Source: an uncultured Candidatus Saccharibacteria bacterium
GTDB taxonomy: Bacteria; Patescibacteriota; Minisyncoccia; Phycocordibacterales; UBA9973
Direction of reading: 5' to 3'
Assembly (NCBI GenBank): GCA_964544225.1
Contig: CAZIZK010000001.1
Coordinates: 54,856-118,855 of the forward strand
DNA length: 64,000 bases
The notes under the pieces were generated by a model. The model made no database searches. It was not told the DNA's origin and saw only the letters and a list, made by a program, of their open reading frames with translations. Both the position numbers and the translations under genes were made by a program. Each line of letters begins with the position of its first letter. The stretch's first letter is position 1. Positions 8,666 through 18,592 of this stretch are shown here, in pieces.

Positions 8666-9211
8666 ATGAATACTATACAAAAGAATTGGTTTAAATATGT
8701 TGTAGGATTTGTTGCATGTCTTCTGATTCGACTTATTCCATTTCGCCCTCCAAATATTGAGCCAATACTCGCAACACAAATGCCATTCTCTAAAGCGTAC
8801 GGGAAGATTGCAGGATTTTTATTCGCATTTTTAAGTATGGTTATATTTGACATTATAACTGGGAAAGTCGGTATGTGGACTTTTATAACAGCTAGTGCTT
8901 ATGGTCTTTTGGGGTTATGGGCATCAATATATTTTAAAAACAAAAATAATAGCTCATGGAATTACGCAAAATTTGCTGTCATGGGAACATTGGCTTTTGA
9001 TATTGTTACAGGACTTTCTGTTGGACCTCTATTTTTTCACCAACCATTTATGGAAGCATTGATCGGGCAGATTCCTTTTACGGCACTTCATTTAATTGGG
9101 AATATTGGTTTTGCAGTAGTATTTAGCCCTCTCTTGTATAAATATGTTATTGAAAATAAAAAGTTTGAAAGTGAATCACTTATAGCAATCTTTAACCCGA
9201 AACAAGCATGA
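8666..9211 (+). CDS. Small polytopic membrane protein, possibly an ECF-transporter substrate-specific (S) component
   Basis: 181 aa, about five or six hydrophobic helices, directly upstream of nrdJ and the cobalamin adenosyltransferase. Substrate unknown. Confidence 0.35.
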   Translation: MNTIQKNWFKYVVGFVACLLIRLIPFRPPNIEPILATQMPFSKAYGKIAGFLFAFLSMVIFDIITGKVGMWTFITASAYGLLGLWASIYFKNKNNSSWNYAKFAVMGTLAFDIVTGLSVGPLFFHQPFMEALIGQIPFTALHLIGNIGFAVVFSPLLYKYVIENKKFESESLIAIFNPKQA

Positions 9212-11490
9212 AAAATACCCTAAACAGAAAAAAATATTTCTCACTTGTACATATACAAAAACGTGACGGAACAATAGTTCCCTTTGATCAAAAACGCATT
9301 GCTCGAGCAATTTTTCGTGCGATGCAATCAGTAAAAGAGGGTGATGAGATACATGCGGAAAAAGTAATGCTGAAAGTGTTAGATTCACTTCTTGAACTCA
9401 AAAAAGAAAACAAAACAAAACAGTTTATTCCTCATGTTGAAACAATACAAGACATTGTAGAAAATGAACTTGTTGCTTCAAGTTTTCTACAAACCGCAAA
9501 AGCATATATCCTTTATCGAAAAGAAAGATCGTTGGTACGAGAAAGATCTGGTTTTGTGCCAGAAAAGGTTAAAGAACTTGTTATGGAAGGTAAAAAGTAT
9601 TTTAGGAATCCTCTAGCTGAATTTGTATACTATCGTACATATGCAAAATGGATAGACGAAGAGGGTCGTCGAGAAACATGGACTGAAACGGTTGGTCGCT
9701 ATGTTGATTTTATGCGCGATAACATAAATGGAAAACTTACGGAATCTGAATATAAAGAAATTCGAGAAACAATTCTAAGTCAAGAATCAATGCCATCTAT
9801 GAGACTTCTGCAATTTGCAGGTAAAGCTACAAGACGAACAAATGTCTGTGCATATAACTGCTCTTTTATTGCTCCAAGAAATTTCCAAGACTTTGCTGAA
9901 ATTATGTATATTTCAATGTGCGGAACTGGTGTTGGTTGGTCAGTAGAAAGTGAAAATATTCAAGCACTCCCACAAGTCAAAAAACAAAAAAACACGAAGG
10001 TCTCTACTTTAGTTATTCCTGACAGTAAGGAAGGTTGGGCAGATGCATTTTCACTTGGACTTAAAACATGGTTTGATGGAGATGATATTGTTTTTGATTA
10101 TTCTCTCATTCGTCCTGCCGGATCACGCCTAAAGACTATGGGTGGCAAAAGTTCTGGACCCGCTCCGCTTCAATCATTACTTTTATTTACTCGCGAACGT
10201 GTACTAAGTCGCCAAGGTAGACATTTATCAAACTTAGATGCACATGACATCATTTGTAAAATTGGTGAATGTGTCGTGGCGGGTGGTGTTCGAAGAAGTG
10301 CCATGATATCCCTTTCTGATTTAGACGATGAAATGATTCGTGATTCAAAGAAAGGTCAATTTTATATTTCGGAAGGACAAAGAATGCTTGCAAACAATTC
10401 TGCTGTATATCTTTCAAAACCCAGCACAACTGAGTTTCTTGATGAATGGGTTGCCTTGATGAAAAGCGGTAGTGGTGAACGAGGTATATTTAATCGTGGA
10501 GGACTTTCTGGAACATTGCCAAAAAGAAGACTTGATCAATTCAAAGGTGGTATATATCCTGCTTGGGGAACAAATCCTTGTGGTGAAATTATTTTGCAAT
10601 CAAAACAATTCTGCAATCTTTCCGAAGTTATCGCAAGAGCAGATGATACTGAAGAGAGTTTGCTCAAAAAAATTCGTATTGCGACAATAATAGGTACTTA
10701 CCAGTCAACACTTACCTATTTCCCATATTTGTCGAAAGAATGGAAAAAGAATTGCGAAAAAGAAAGACTACTTGGGGTGTCTATAACTGGACAATGGGAT
10801 TGTGAGCTTGTTCGTAATGGAGATATATTGGAGAAAATGAAACGAATGGCAATCGAAACAAATAAAAAATACGCAAAACGTTTTGGTGTGGAGCAATCAA
10901 CATGTATCACATGTGTAAAACCTTCAGGAACAGTTTCTCAAACCGTAGATTGCGCTTCAGGTATGCATCCTCGCCATGCACCGTATTATATTCGACGTGT
11001 CCGCATTTCAGCGACAGACGCTTTGTTTAAAATGCTTAAAGATCAAGGAGTGCCGTACTATCCAGAAGTCGGGCAAACCTTCGAAAATGCATCGACCTTT
11101 GTACTTGAATTTCCAGTCAAAGCCCCTGAGGGAGCTATCTGCAAAGATGATGTGGACGCAATTGCACAATTAGAGCATTGGAAAATAGTTAAGCAACATT
11201 TCACTGAACACAATCCTTCTGTAACTGTATCAGTTTCAGACGATGAATGGTTAAAAGTTGCAAATTGGGTTTACCAAAACTGGGATTTAGTCGGTGGATT
11301 ATCATTTCTACCTCGATCAAAACATGTATATCAACTTGCACCGTACGAATCAATTACAAAGGTAAAATATGAGGAAATGAAAAAACGTCTTGGTGATTTA
11401 GATTTTTCTAAAATTGTTACTTATGAAAAAGAAGACGAAACAGAGGTAAAAAAAGAATTAGCTTGTGTTGGAGGACTGTGTGAAATATAA
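9208..11490 (+). CDS. nrdJ: Ribonucleotide reductase, class II (adenosylcobalamin-dependent, NrdJ-like) with N-terminal ATP-cone
   Basis: ATP-cone (VQKRDGTIVPFDQKRIARAI), active-site GTNPCGEI, C-terminal Cys pair CVGGLCEI. No nrdB is nearby and a PduO adenosyltransferase is adjacent. Confidence 0.75.
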   Translation: MKNTLNRKKYFSLVHIQKRDGTIVPFDQKRIARAIFRAMQSVKEGDEIHAEKVMLKVLDSLLELKKENKTKQFIPHVETIQDIVENELVASSFLQTAKAYILYRKERSLVRERSGFVPEKVKELVMEGKKYFRNPLAEFVYYRTYAKWIDEEGRRETWTETVGRYVDFMRDNINGKLTESEYKEIRETILSQESMPSMRLLQFAGKATRRTNVCAYNCSFIAPRNFQDFAEIMYISMCGTGVGWSVESENIQALPQVKKQKNTKVSTLVIPDSKEGWADAFSLGLKTWFDGDDIVFDYSLIRPAGSRLKTMGGKSSGPAPLQSLLLFTRERVLSRQGRHLSNLDAHDIICKIGECVVAGGVRRSAMISLSDLDDEMIRDSKKGQFYISEGQRMLANNSAVYLSKPSTTEFLDEWVALMKSGSGERGIFNRGGLSGTLPKRRLDQFKGGIYPAWGTNPCGEIILQSKQFCNLSEVIARADDTEESLLKKIRIATIIGTYQSTLTYFPYLSKEWKKNCEKERLLGVSITGQWDCELVRNGDILEKMKRMAIETNKKYAKRFGVEQSTCITCVKPSGTVSQTVDCASGMHPRHAPYYIRRVRISATDALFKMLKDQGVPYYPEVGQTFENASTFVLEFPVKAPEGAICKDDVDAIAQLEHWKIVKQHFTEHNPSVTVSVSDDEWLKVANWVYQNWDLVGGLSFLPRSKHVYQLAPYESITKVKYEEMKKRLGDLDFSKIVTYEKEDETEVKKELACVGGLCEI

Positions 11491-12064
11491 ACATATGCTA
11501 TACACCAGAAAAGGAGACAACGGAACAACAAAACTTTTTGATTGCCCTCAAGGCAAACGAGTCAGTAAATCTGATTTTGTTTTCGAAGTACTTGGAACAG
11601 TTGATGAACTGAATTCTTCTATTGGATATGCAAAAGTGCTTTCAAAAAAAAGTAACGATACTCTTTCAATAGAAACACAAAAAATCTCTTACGAAAAAAT
11701 CATTGAAATACTTCAACAAAATTTGTTTTGCATCCAAGCTGAACTTGGAGGGTCAGATATACACCTAGATAAAAATCACATTCTTTATCTCGAAAAAGTT
11801 ATTTATGAAACAGAGACTGTCTTGCCTCCTATTACATCTTTTATTGTACCTGGAGGTGGAGAAACTGGGTCTTATTTAGATGTTGCTCGAACAATTGCTC
11901 GCAGAGCAGAACGACAATTAGTAACGCTCCGACATACAAAAGAACGAGTAGTTACAAATGAAAGTATAACTTTCATGAATCGTCTTTCAAGTGTTTTGTA
12001 TGCCATGGCTCGCTTTGCAAATTATCAGGAAGGATATTCTGAAGGAAAGCCAGATTATCAGTAA
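11465..12064 (+). CDS. ATP:cob(I)alamin adenosyltransferase, PduO-type (likely true start ATG near 11495, MLYTRKGDNGTT)
   Basis: YTRKGDNGTT, FIVPGG and RTIARRAER are PduO/MMAB family motifs. Confidence 0.8.
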   Translation: MLEDCVKYKHMLYTRKGDNGTTKLFDCPQGKRVSKSDFVFEVLGTVDELNSSIGYAKVLSKKSNDTLSIETQKISYEKIIEILQQNLFCIQAELGGSDIHLDKNHILYLEKVIYETETVLPPITSFIVPGGGETGSYLDVARTIARRAERQLVTLRHTKERVVTNESITFMNRLSSVLYAMARFANYQEGYSEGKPDYQ

Positions 12065-12081
12065 TTGCTTTTTAAGTTTAC

Positions 12082-12405
12082 TTGTTGCATACTTTAGAAA
12101 CTATGAAGATTAAACAACCACTCCCTCGTAAAGCCTACGAGAAAAATGCCGAAATATATAAGATTCTTGCTAACCCGAAACGGTTAGAGATTTTGAACTT
12201 GCTTCGCGAACAGGAAATGCCAGTAGAAGAACTAGTAAAAACACTGGGGATCCCAAAAGCAAATGTGTCCCAACATTTAGCACTACTTCGTCATGCAAAA
12301 CTTGTCACCGTGCGACGTAATGGACTAAATGGTTATTACAATATCATTGATCCGCGTATTGTTGAACCATGCAGAATTCTTCACGAACTTGCTAAGCGCA
12401 AATAA
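12082..12405 (+). CDS. ArsR/SmtB-family metalloregulator
   Basis: HTH_20 pattern ANPKRLEILNLL...VEELV...SQHLALLRHAKLV...RNG...YY. Confidence 0.75.
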   Translation: MLHTLETMKIKQPLPRKAYEKNAEIYKILANPKRLEILNLLREQEMPVEELVKTLGIPKANVSQHLALLRHAKLVTVRRNGLNGYYNIIDPRIVEPCRILHELAKRK

Positions 12406-12486
12406 TAGAAAATAATTTATTTAAAAGTTGCAAACAAAGACAATGATTGATTTCATTGTTTATATCAAAAGTTTCTTCAGCATGAA

Positions 12487-12888
12487 TTAAGTAAAATTAA
12501 CCACGAAGTTAAACATTCCCATACTACATAGACCTTGGAGTGGAACTCCAGCTTTTGGTGTACCGATATCGATAACTTCTTCCCCAGTTTGAGCTAATAT
12601 TTTTTGATAGCCAATTGATCTGATAACTAAAGATGATGAACAGTCGTACGTTCCATTTGTTTTGACAATTAGTTTAGTTGGGATCCCTGCTTTTGCAGTA
12701 GACATTTCTGGAGAATATCCACCTTTTGCATCTATGGTTACATACTGAATACCATCTCTAATTTCTACATTTTGTACTGTCTGTACTGAAACTGCATTAG
12801 AGTTTTTAGACTTTGATCCACCCCAAAATACAATGGCAAGTCCAACCACAAGAGCTAAGGTAACAATGATTAAAGAAGTTTTGTTCAT
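12487..12888 (-). CDS. Secreted/anchored cupredoxin-like copper-binding protein (putative)
   Basis: N-terminal signal/TM; C-terminal Cys/Met-containing QGLCSMGMFNF; position in the cop operon. Confidence 0.35.
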   Translation of the reverse strand: MNKTSLIIVTLALVVGLAIVFWGGSKSKNSNAVSVQTVQNVEIRDGIQYVTIDAKGGYSPEMSTAKAGIPTKLIVKTNGTYDCSSSLVIRSIGYQKILAQTGEEVIDIGTPKAGVPLQGLCSMGMFNFVVNFT

Positions 12889-12905
12889 AATGTAATTATA
12901 TCAAA

Positions 12906-13913
12906 TTAAATATTAAATAAAGGATTAATAATACCGAGCCCTGCAAGTCCTGCGAGAAGTGCAAATATTCCAAGACCTATGACTACAACTCCTGCTGACT
13001 TAAAGAAAAGTGGTGCATGTTTTCCATGAGCAAGTGATGCTCCACCAAATGAGAGAAGTAAAAGTACCGGAAGAGTACCGAGAGCAAAGGCAAGCATTAT
13101 AAACATTCCAGATATAAATGACCCACTAGAGAGTGCCACAACTTGCATAGACTGAGTGAAGCCACAAGGCAAGAAGAATGTACCAAAACCTATAATTAAT
13201 GGTGTTAGAGTTTTGTGTTCAATTTTACGAAAAAAATTGAAGATTCCTGAAGGCAGTGCAATTTTATTCTTTTCAAACACTCCGACTAAATTGAGTCCTA
13301 AAAGGAGCATTACTGTTGAGGCTACAATTCCTAAAATTGCAGTAAATGTAAAACTAATACCAATTGCATTACCGAGCAATCCAAGTACTCCACCAAGCAT
13401 TGCAAAACTAACGAGTCTCCCAACATGGAAAAGTACAAATGTTTTCTTGTCACTTACATCATCTTGTGAGATCTTTGCTGAGAGTGAAAGCACAAACCCT
13501 CCGACTACAGCAAGACAGCTAGATACAGAAGCGATGAGTCCAATAATGAAGCTCGTAACTGGTGTAGCATTCCCACCAATACCAAGGTTTAGTAGTCCTG
13601 ACTTTTGTAATATAAAGAAAAGTATTAAAAATCCTAAACCTATAGGTAATGCTTTCCAGATAACATCATCTTTTTGTTTCTCTTTTAAAACTTTTTCTAT
13701 TGATACCGTATATCCATTTGGTCTTATCTTTTCAGTTAGAATACCTGCTAATTCTTCTTGTGACCTTTCACTACTAGTTTCTACTTGTAAGGTTTGACTC
13801 TTTAAGTTTACCTGTGCATTTTTAATGTAATCTTGCTCGCTCAAAATATCCTCGATCAAGATTTTACAGGATGCACAATGGGTACCTGAAACATGGAATG
13901 TGTATGTTTTCAT
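12906..13913 (-). CDS. Heavy-metal-associated (HMA) domain fused to a DsbD_2/CcdA-like polytopic membrane protein
   Basis: N-terminal GTHCASC HMA motif, then about 6-8 TM helices including an FLPCG motif. Confidence 0.6.
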   Translation of the reverse strand: MKTYTFHVSGTHCASCKILIEDILSEQDYIKNAQVNLKSQTLQVETSSERSQEELAGILTEKIRPNGYTVSIEKVLKEKQKDDVIWKALPIGLGFLILFFILQKSGLLNLGIGGNATPVTSFIIGLIASVSSCLAVVGGFVLSLSAKISQDDVSDKKTFVLFHVGRLVSFAMLGGVLGLLGNAIGISFTFTAILGIVASTVMLLLGLNLVGVFEKNKIALPSGIFNFFRKIEHKTLTPLIIGFGTFFLPCGFTQSMQVVALSSGSFISGMFIMLAFALGTLPVLLLLSFGGASLAHGKHAPLFFKSAGVVVIGLGIFALLAGLAGLGIINPLFNI

Positions 13914-13915
13914 AA

Positions 13916-16186
13916 TTATAATTTCTTCGCCTTAATTCTTAATGAGTTCGATACTACAGAGACACTTGAGAATGCCATAGCAAGTCCTGCGAATGCTGGA
14001 TTTAACAACCATCCAAATACTGGATAGAAAAGTCCTGCGGCGAGAGGAATACCAACCACATTGAATATAAAAGCCCAAAAAAGATTTTGTTTAATACCTC
14101 GCATTGTCATCTTCGACAGCTTTATTGCTTGTGAAATCTTTGAAACATCACCACCAAGAAGTGTGATACCTGCTGATTCAATAGCAACATCTGTACCTGT
14201 GCCCATAGCGATACCAACATCCGCTTGAACAAGAGCTGGGGCATCATTTATACCATCACCAACCATTGCAACAATTGCACCACCATCTTGTAACTCTTTT
14301 ATCTTTCCTGCTTTTTCTTGAGGTATCACTTCTGCAATAACAGCATCAATGCCTGCGAGTTTTGCTATATAGCTTGCTGCTAAATAGTTATCTCCTGTGA
14401 GCATTATTACTTTAATATTTCTTGCATGGAGTTTTGCTACAGCTTCTTTTGACTCTTCTTTTAGAGTATCTGAAAGTGCGATAAGTCCGATCTGTTTTTT
14501 ATCAACTTCTATGATAACAACTGTCTTACCTTGTTCTTGTAGTTCTTTGATATTATCTGTAGCAGGGACACCTTTAGATGGCTTATGGATTGCTATATGT
14601 TTATTACCAATCACTCCTTCTACCCCGACACCTTCGAGTGCTTGGAAATTTGTAACCGTTTCAAGAGGTATGTTTTGTTCGGTTGCCTTAACAACAACAG
14701 CATCTGCGAGAGGGTGTTCAGAAAGCTTTTCTACACTAGCACTTGCTCGTAGTATATCTGTTCCTGTCCATGCAGTATCAAGAGAGATAATATCGGTTAC
14801 TTCGGGTTTTCCTTTAGTGATTGTTCCTGTTTTATCAAGGACAACGGTATCTACATGACTAAGCTTTTCTAGGGCTTCAGCATTACGAATAAGGATTCCA
14901 TATTCTGCTCCTTTTCCAACACCGACAATGATTGCCGTTGGAGTAGCAAGACCAAGTGCACAAGGACAAGCAATAACAAGGACACCAACGAAAGAGAGAA
15001 TGCCGTATGAAAGAGCAGTCGAGAAACCGAGCGCTGATGCACCTACAGTAAGCCAAAGAATGAGAGTGATTACTGCTATACCTAGGACAATTGGCACAAA
15101 GACGCTGGAAATTTTGTCAGCGAGCGCCTGTATAGGAGCTTTTGATCCTTGTGCATCTTCAACCATTTTTATGATTTGAGCGAGTACAGTATCGGAGCCG
15201 ATTTTTGTCGCTTTAAATTTAAAATTACCTTGTTTATTGATTGTTGCACCTACAACAAAGTCTCCAGTCTTTTTATCAACAGGAATTGGCTCGCCTGTAA
15301 TCATTGATTCGTCAATAGATGAATATCCTTCAACGATAACTCCATCAACAGGAATTTTAGATCCTGGCTTTACGATAAGAATATCGTCGATTTGTACTTC
15401 GCTTACAGGTACTTCCACCTCAGCACCATTACGCCATAGTAAGGCGGTTTTTGCTTGAAGACCAAGAAGTTTTTCTATTGCTTCACCAGTACGAAGCTTT
15501 GAGCGTGCTTCGAGATATTTTCCCAATATCACGAAACCAATTACTACAATAGTTACATCAAAATAAGTGGTTTCAGGAAGTTTCAAGGCTATCCTCATTA
15601 AAGGGAAGAGCATAATGCTGATACTGTACAGATACGCAACAAGTGTTCCAATACCAATGAGGGTATCCATATTAGCGACACGATATTTAGTAAATTTTAC
15701 TACTCCTTGTAAAAAGGGTTGTCCAATCCAAAACAATACAACGCTCGCAAGTACCATAGAGATGGTGTTGAAGATAAACATTGGTAACGGAAGATTTGGA
15801 ATTGAAGTAAATAACTTTGCACCGATATCCCACATCATTAAAATAAAAACAAGAAGAGCTATTGGTAACACGAACTGTGTTTTTGTCTTCATAATAATAA
15901 GCTCTTTCATTTTTTCATCTTTTGATTGATTGATACCTGTATGCATACTATGGTCTTCCATGGTATGAGAGTTGGTTTCCTCAATGAACATATAACCCAA
16001 CTTTTCAATTTCATTGTTCATTTGGGGTACAGTAACAACATTGTCATCAAAAGAAACAATTGCTTTTTCCGTCGCGAAGTTAACATTAACAGTATCTACT
16101 CCTTCAAGTTTAGAAACCTTATTGGTGATAATAGTTGCACAACTAGCACAGTGCATCCCTTTAATTTTTAGTGTTTTATTTGTCAT
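13916..16186 (-). CDS. copA: Copper-translocating P1B-type ATPase
   Basis: HMA GMHCASC, membrane CPC ([11 protein letters not shown]), DKTGTIT phosphorylation site, [10 protein letters not shown] hinge. Confidence 0.9.
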   Translation of the reverse strand: MTNKTLKIKGMHCASCATIITNKVSKLEGVDTVNVNFATEKAIVSFDDNVVTVPQMNNEIEKLGYMFIEETNSHTMEDHSMHTGINQSKDEKMKELIIMKTKTQFVLPIALLVFILMMWDIGAKLFTSIPNLPLPMFIFNTISMVLASVVLFWIGQPFLQGVVKFTKYRVANMDTLIGIGTLVAYLYSISIMLFPLMRIALKLPETTYFDVTIVVIGFVILGKYLEARSKLRTGEAIEKLLGLQAKTALLWRNGAEVEVPVSEVQIDDILIVKPGSKIPVDGVIVEGYSSIDESMITGEPIPVDKKTGDFVVGATINKQGNFKFKATKIGSDTVLAQIIKMVEDAQGSKAPIQALADKISSVFVPIVLGIAVITLILWLTVGASALGFSTALSYGILSFVGVLVIACPCALGLATPTAIIVGVGKGAEYGILIRNAEALEKLSHVDTVVLDKTGTITKGKPEVTDIISLDTAWTGTDILRASASVEKLSEHPLADAVVVKATEQNIPLETVTNFQALEGVGVEGVIGNKHIAIHKPSKGVPATDNIKELQEQGKTVVIIEVDKKQIGLIALSDTLKEESKEAVAKLHARNIKVIMLTGDNYLAASYIAKLAGIDAVIAEVIPQEKAGKIKELQDGGAIVAMVGDGINDAPALVQADVGIAMGTGTDVAIESAGITLLGGDVSKISQAIKLSKMTMRGIKQNLFWAFIFNVVGIPLAAGLFYPVFGWLLNPAFAGLAMAFSSVSVVSNSLRIKAKKL

Positions 16187-16200
16187 ATAGGGATTTGATA

Positions 16201-16764
16201 TTAAATGTTATACCATTGTGTTCTCCAATCTTTGAAGAGTTTTAATGTTGTTGTAAGGAATATATCAACCGCATCGGCATTGTTCAAAATTTCAGTTCTA
16301 CTTGATTTTGTTTTTATTTCTTTTGTCATGAGTAATCCTGACTCATGGTGTGCAATAAGTGCATTAAGAAAACGGAGGTCAAATTTCTCATCATACGTCC
16401 CAAGGTTTGAGACAATTGGATCTTTGACTTGCTTTGTATCCCCATACCAGTCTTTTTTCCATGTGTATAGCTCAGCAATTGCTTTTGGTTCATCTCGAAG
16501 AATCATTACGGAGAGGTCTTTCATTTCTTGTCGCTGTGTCTGTGTGCTTGCTTGTGTAGCTAAAAGCATGGCTCCTCTGTGGTGAGCAATCATTGCATTG
16601 ATATAACGAAGATCGAGTGTTCGATCTGGACGACCTAAATCCATAGTTGTTTTGTCGTACATACTCACTTTGTAGTCGGTGGTACTGGCATACCCAGCAA
16701 CCCACCCCAAAACGCCTGTCACTACCATAAGAGAAATTGCTAATGTGGTTGAAATTTTAGACAT
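16201..16764 (-). CDS. DUF305 family protein (copper-resistance associated)
   Basis: Two repeats carrying the IAHH motif ([22 protein letters not shown]); N-terminal TM. Confidence 0.7.
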   Translation of the reverse strand: MSKISTTLAISLMVVTGVLGWVAGYASTTDYKVSMYDKTTMDLGRPDRTLDLRYINAMIAHHRGAMLLATQASTQTQRQEMKDLSVMILRDEPKAIAELYTWKKDWYGDTKQVKDPIVSNLGTYDEKFDLRFLNALIAHHESGLLMTKEIKTKSSRTEILNNADAVDIFLTTTLKLFKDWRTQWYNI

Positions 16765-16802
16765 AATTTTTTATATAAATTTAATAATAAAACACTAAAA
16801 AC

Positions 16803-17078
16803 CTACTGCATGTTGTAGATTTTTAACAATTCTTTGATTGAACCTTCCTTGTCGGTCTTTAACCTTTCAGCAAGGCAAGACTCTAAGTGACCCTTTAGTA
16901 ATTCTTTTCGTGCGCTATGCAAAAGACCTACGACACTATCGATCTGCTGAATAATTTCAGGGCAGTATCGTCCATCGTCGACCATCTCAGGAATCTTAGC
17001 TACACTTCCTATTGCCATATTAATAACTTTGCGAGCCTTTGTGTTTGGCTCACCGTGCTTGTGTGTTTGTTTTACCAT
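16803..17078 (-). CDS. csoR: CsoR/RcnR-family copper-sensing repressor
   Basis: 91 aa DUF156 with YCPEII...H...C ligand pattern; heads the cop operon. Confidence 0.75.
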   Translation of the reverse strand: MVKQTHKHGEPNTKARKVINMAIGSVAKIPEMVDDGRYCPEIIQQIDSVVGLLHSARKELLKGHLESCLAERLKTDKEGSIKELLKIYNMQ

Positions 17079-17101
17079 ATACCCTATAGTATAGGGTATA
17101 T
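17077..17101. promoter_or_regulatory. Perfect 25-bp palindrome ATATACCCTATA-G-TATAGGGTATAT overlapping the csoR start; candidate CsoR operator
   Basis: Exact dyad symmetry; the TACCC/GGGTA half-sites resemble known CsoR operators. Confidence 0.6.
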
Positions 17102-17120
17102 GGTTTTGAGAGTCAACTTA

Positions 17121-18449
17121 TTATTTTACCAATGTAATCTTCTTATCATTCAGCACCAACCTACTCCTCAAATGTCCCATCAGTTCACGCTTCTCTAGTG
17201 GTGTGCCTTCCCTCAGCACATACTTGGCATACTCTCTTGTATTCACGTCATCTTCGTTGATGTTGTATTTTGGCGTTCCCTTGGTTGCCAGTCGTTGCAG
17301 TCTATTAAATCGCTTGATTTCTTCTTCAAGCTTGATTCGCATACCTAGTTCGTTGATGCTTACTTTATCTATGACTTTGAATAGCTCCTCAATCAGTTCT
17401 TCCTCTCGTATATATTTATTCTTGCAATTCCTGTCTCTTGCCTTTGAACAGGAGTAGTAGACATACTTGGCGGTCGTTCCATCTTTGAGTTCCTTGTACT
17501 TCTCCTGTGCCGTTATACCTGACTCACACATTCCGCAGGTAAATAGTTTAGTAAATGCGAACTCTCTGTTTTCTCTCACAATCCTATCTCGCTTTAAATG
17601 TGATTGGGCTTTTTCAAATAATTCTTTGGTGATGATTGGTGTATGACTTCCTTGATACCAGTTGTCACTATTTCTCGGATATTCAAATGGTCCATAATAG
17701 ATTGGCATTTCAAATATTCGATACACTCCTGATAGTGTAAGGGGCTTATTTCCTCGAGTGTAGAAATTCAGATCGAATCGCAACCAGTTATATACCTTTC
17801 TTCCGCTCCATCCATCGTATGCAACTTTCTCAAACATTTGTTTGATTACATGAGCCCGATCTGGGTCAATAATTATCTGACACTTCCTATCCATTAACTT
17901 TTGATTCAAATATCCAAGCGGTGCCATTCCAGGCCATAGCCCCATCTCTACTCTCGTTCGCAATCCTCGCTTTACATTGATGCCTCTGTTGTCGTTCTCA
18001 AGTTTCGCTTGGCTTCCCAATATCATCAGGAGAAACTTCTCGTTTGGATTGTTTCCGAATGTCTGCCCGAAGGTTCGTATCATGTGCAATTTTCCTGCAT
18101 CCATCAGGTCTACGATTTTTCCCAAGTCTCCTGCATTTCTTGAGATACGATCTGGTGCCCAAGTAAGTATCGCATTGAATTTCTCTTGCTTGAGTTCCTC
18201 AATGATTTCGTTGAAGACTGGTCGCTGTCCTGTTTCCTTTGCACTATGACTCTCACGCTTCATGGTTACTACTTCAAGCCCCTCACGATCCGCTAATTGG
18301 AGCATCTCGCTAATCTGGCTATCAATACTCAATACCTGCCGTTCCTCAGACTCTGTTGATTTTCTTGCGTATAAGCAATATCTGATCTTCTTTGGTTCGA
18401 CTACTACTTTTGCTACACCTTGCTCCATATTTGGGTTTTCTATCTTCAT
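17121..18449 (-). CDS. Large serine recombinase (resolvase/invertase N-terminal domain plus recombinase and zinc-ribbon domains)
   Basis: N-terminal YARKSTESEE...SIDSQ (catalytic Ser region), C-terminal Cys cluster CGMCESG...YSCSKARDRNC. Confidence 0.85.
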   Translation of the reverse strand: MKIENPNMEQGVAKVVVEPKKIRYCLYARKSTESEERQVLSIDSQISEMLQLADREGLEVVTMKRESHSAKETGQRPVFNEIIEELKQEKFNAILTWAPDRISRNAGDLGKIVDLMDAGKLHMIRTFGQTFGNNPNEKFLLMILGSQAKLENDNRGINVKRGLRTRVEMGLWPGMAPLGYLNQKLMDRKCQIIIDPDRAHVIKQMFEKVAYDGWSGRKVYNWLRFDLNFYTRGNKPLTLSGVYRIFEMPIYYGPFEYPRNSDNWYQGSHTPIITKELFEKAQSHLKRDRIVRENREFAFTKLFTCGMCESGITAQEKYKELKDGTTAKYVYYSCSKARDRNCKNKYIREEELIEELFKVIDKVSINELGMRIKLEEEIKRFNRLQRLATKGTPKYNINEDDVNTREYAKYVLREGTPLEKRELMGHLRSRLVLNDKKITLVK

Positions 18450-18592
18450 ATCTACATTGATGACGCAAATCGTCCAAGGAGCCTAGAGCGTCCCATTGCC
18501 ATAGTGTTGGTAACTAAAACGCCTTTATTTAAGGGTCATTTTTTGGTAAAATGTATTTACTGGCGTAAGAAACTTATGCCTAATATTAAAGT

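Noticed and set aside
13156-16171. Several 60-213 aa plus-strand ORFs inside copA and the HMA-DsbD_2 gene
   Set aside because: They lie entirely antisense to strongly supported minus-strand genes and have low-complexity composition, so they are treated as spurious.
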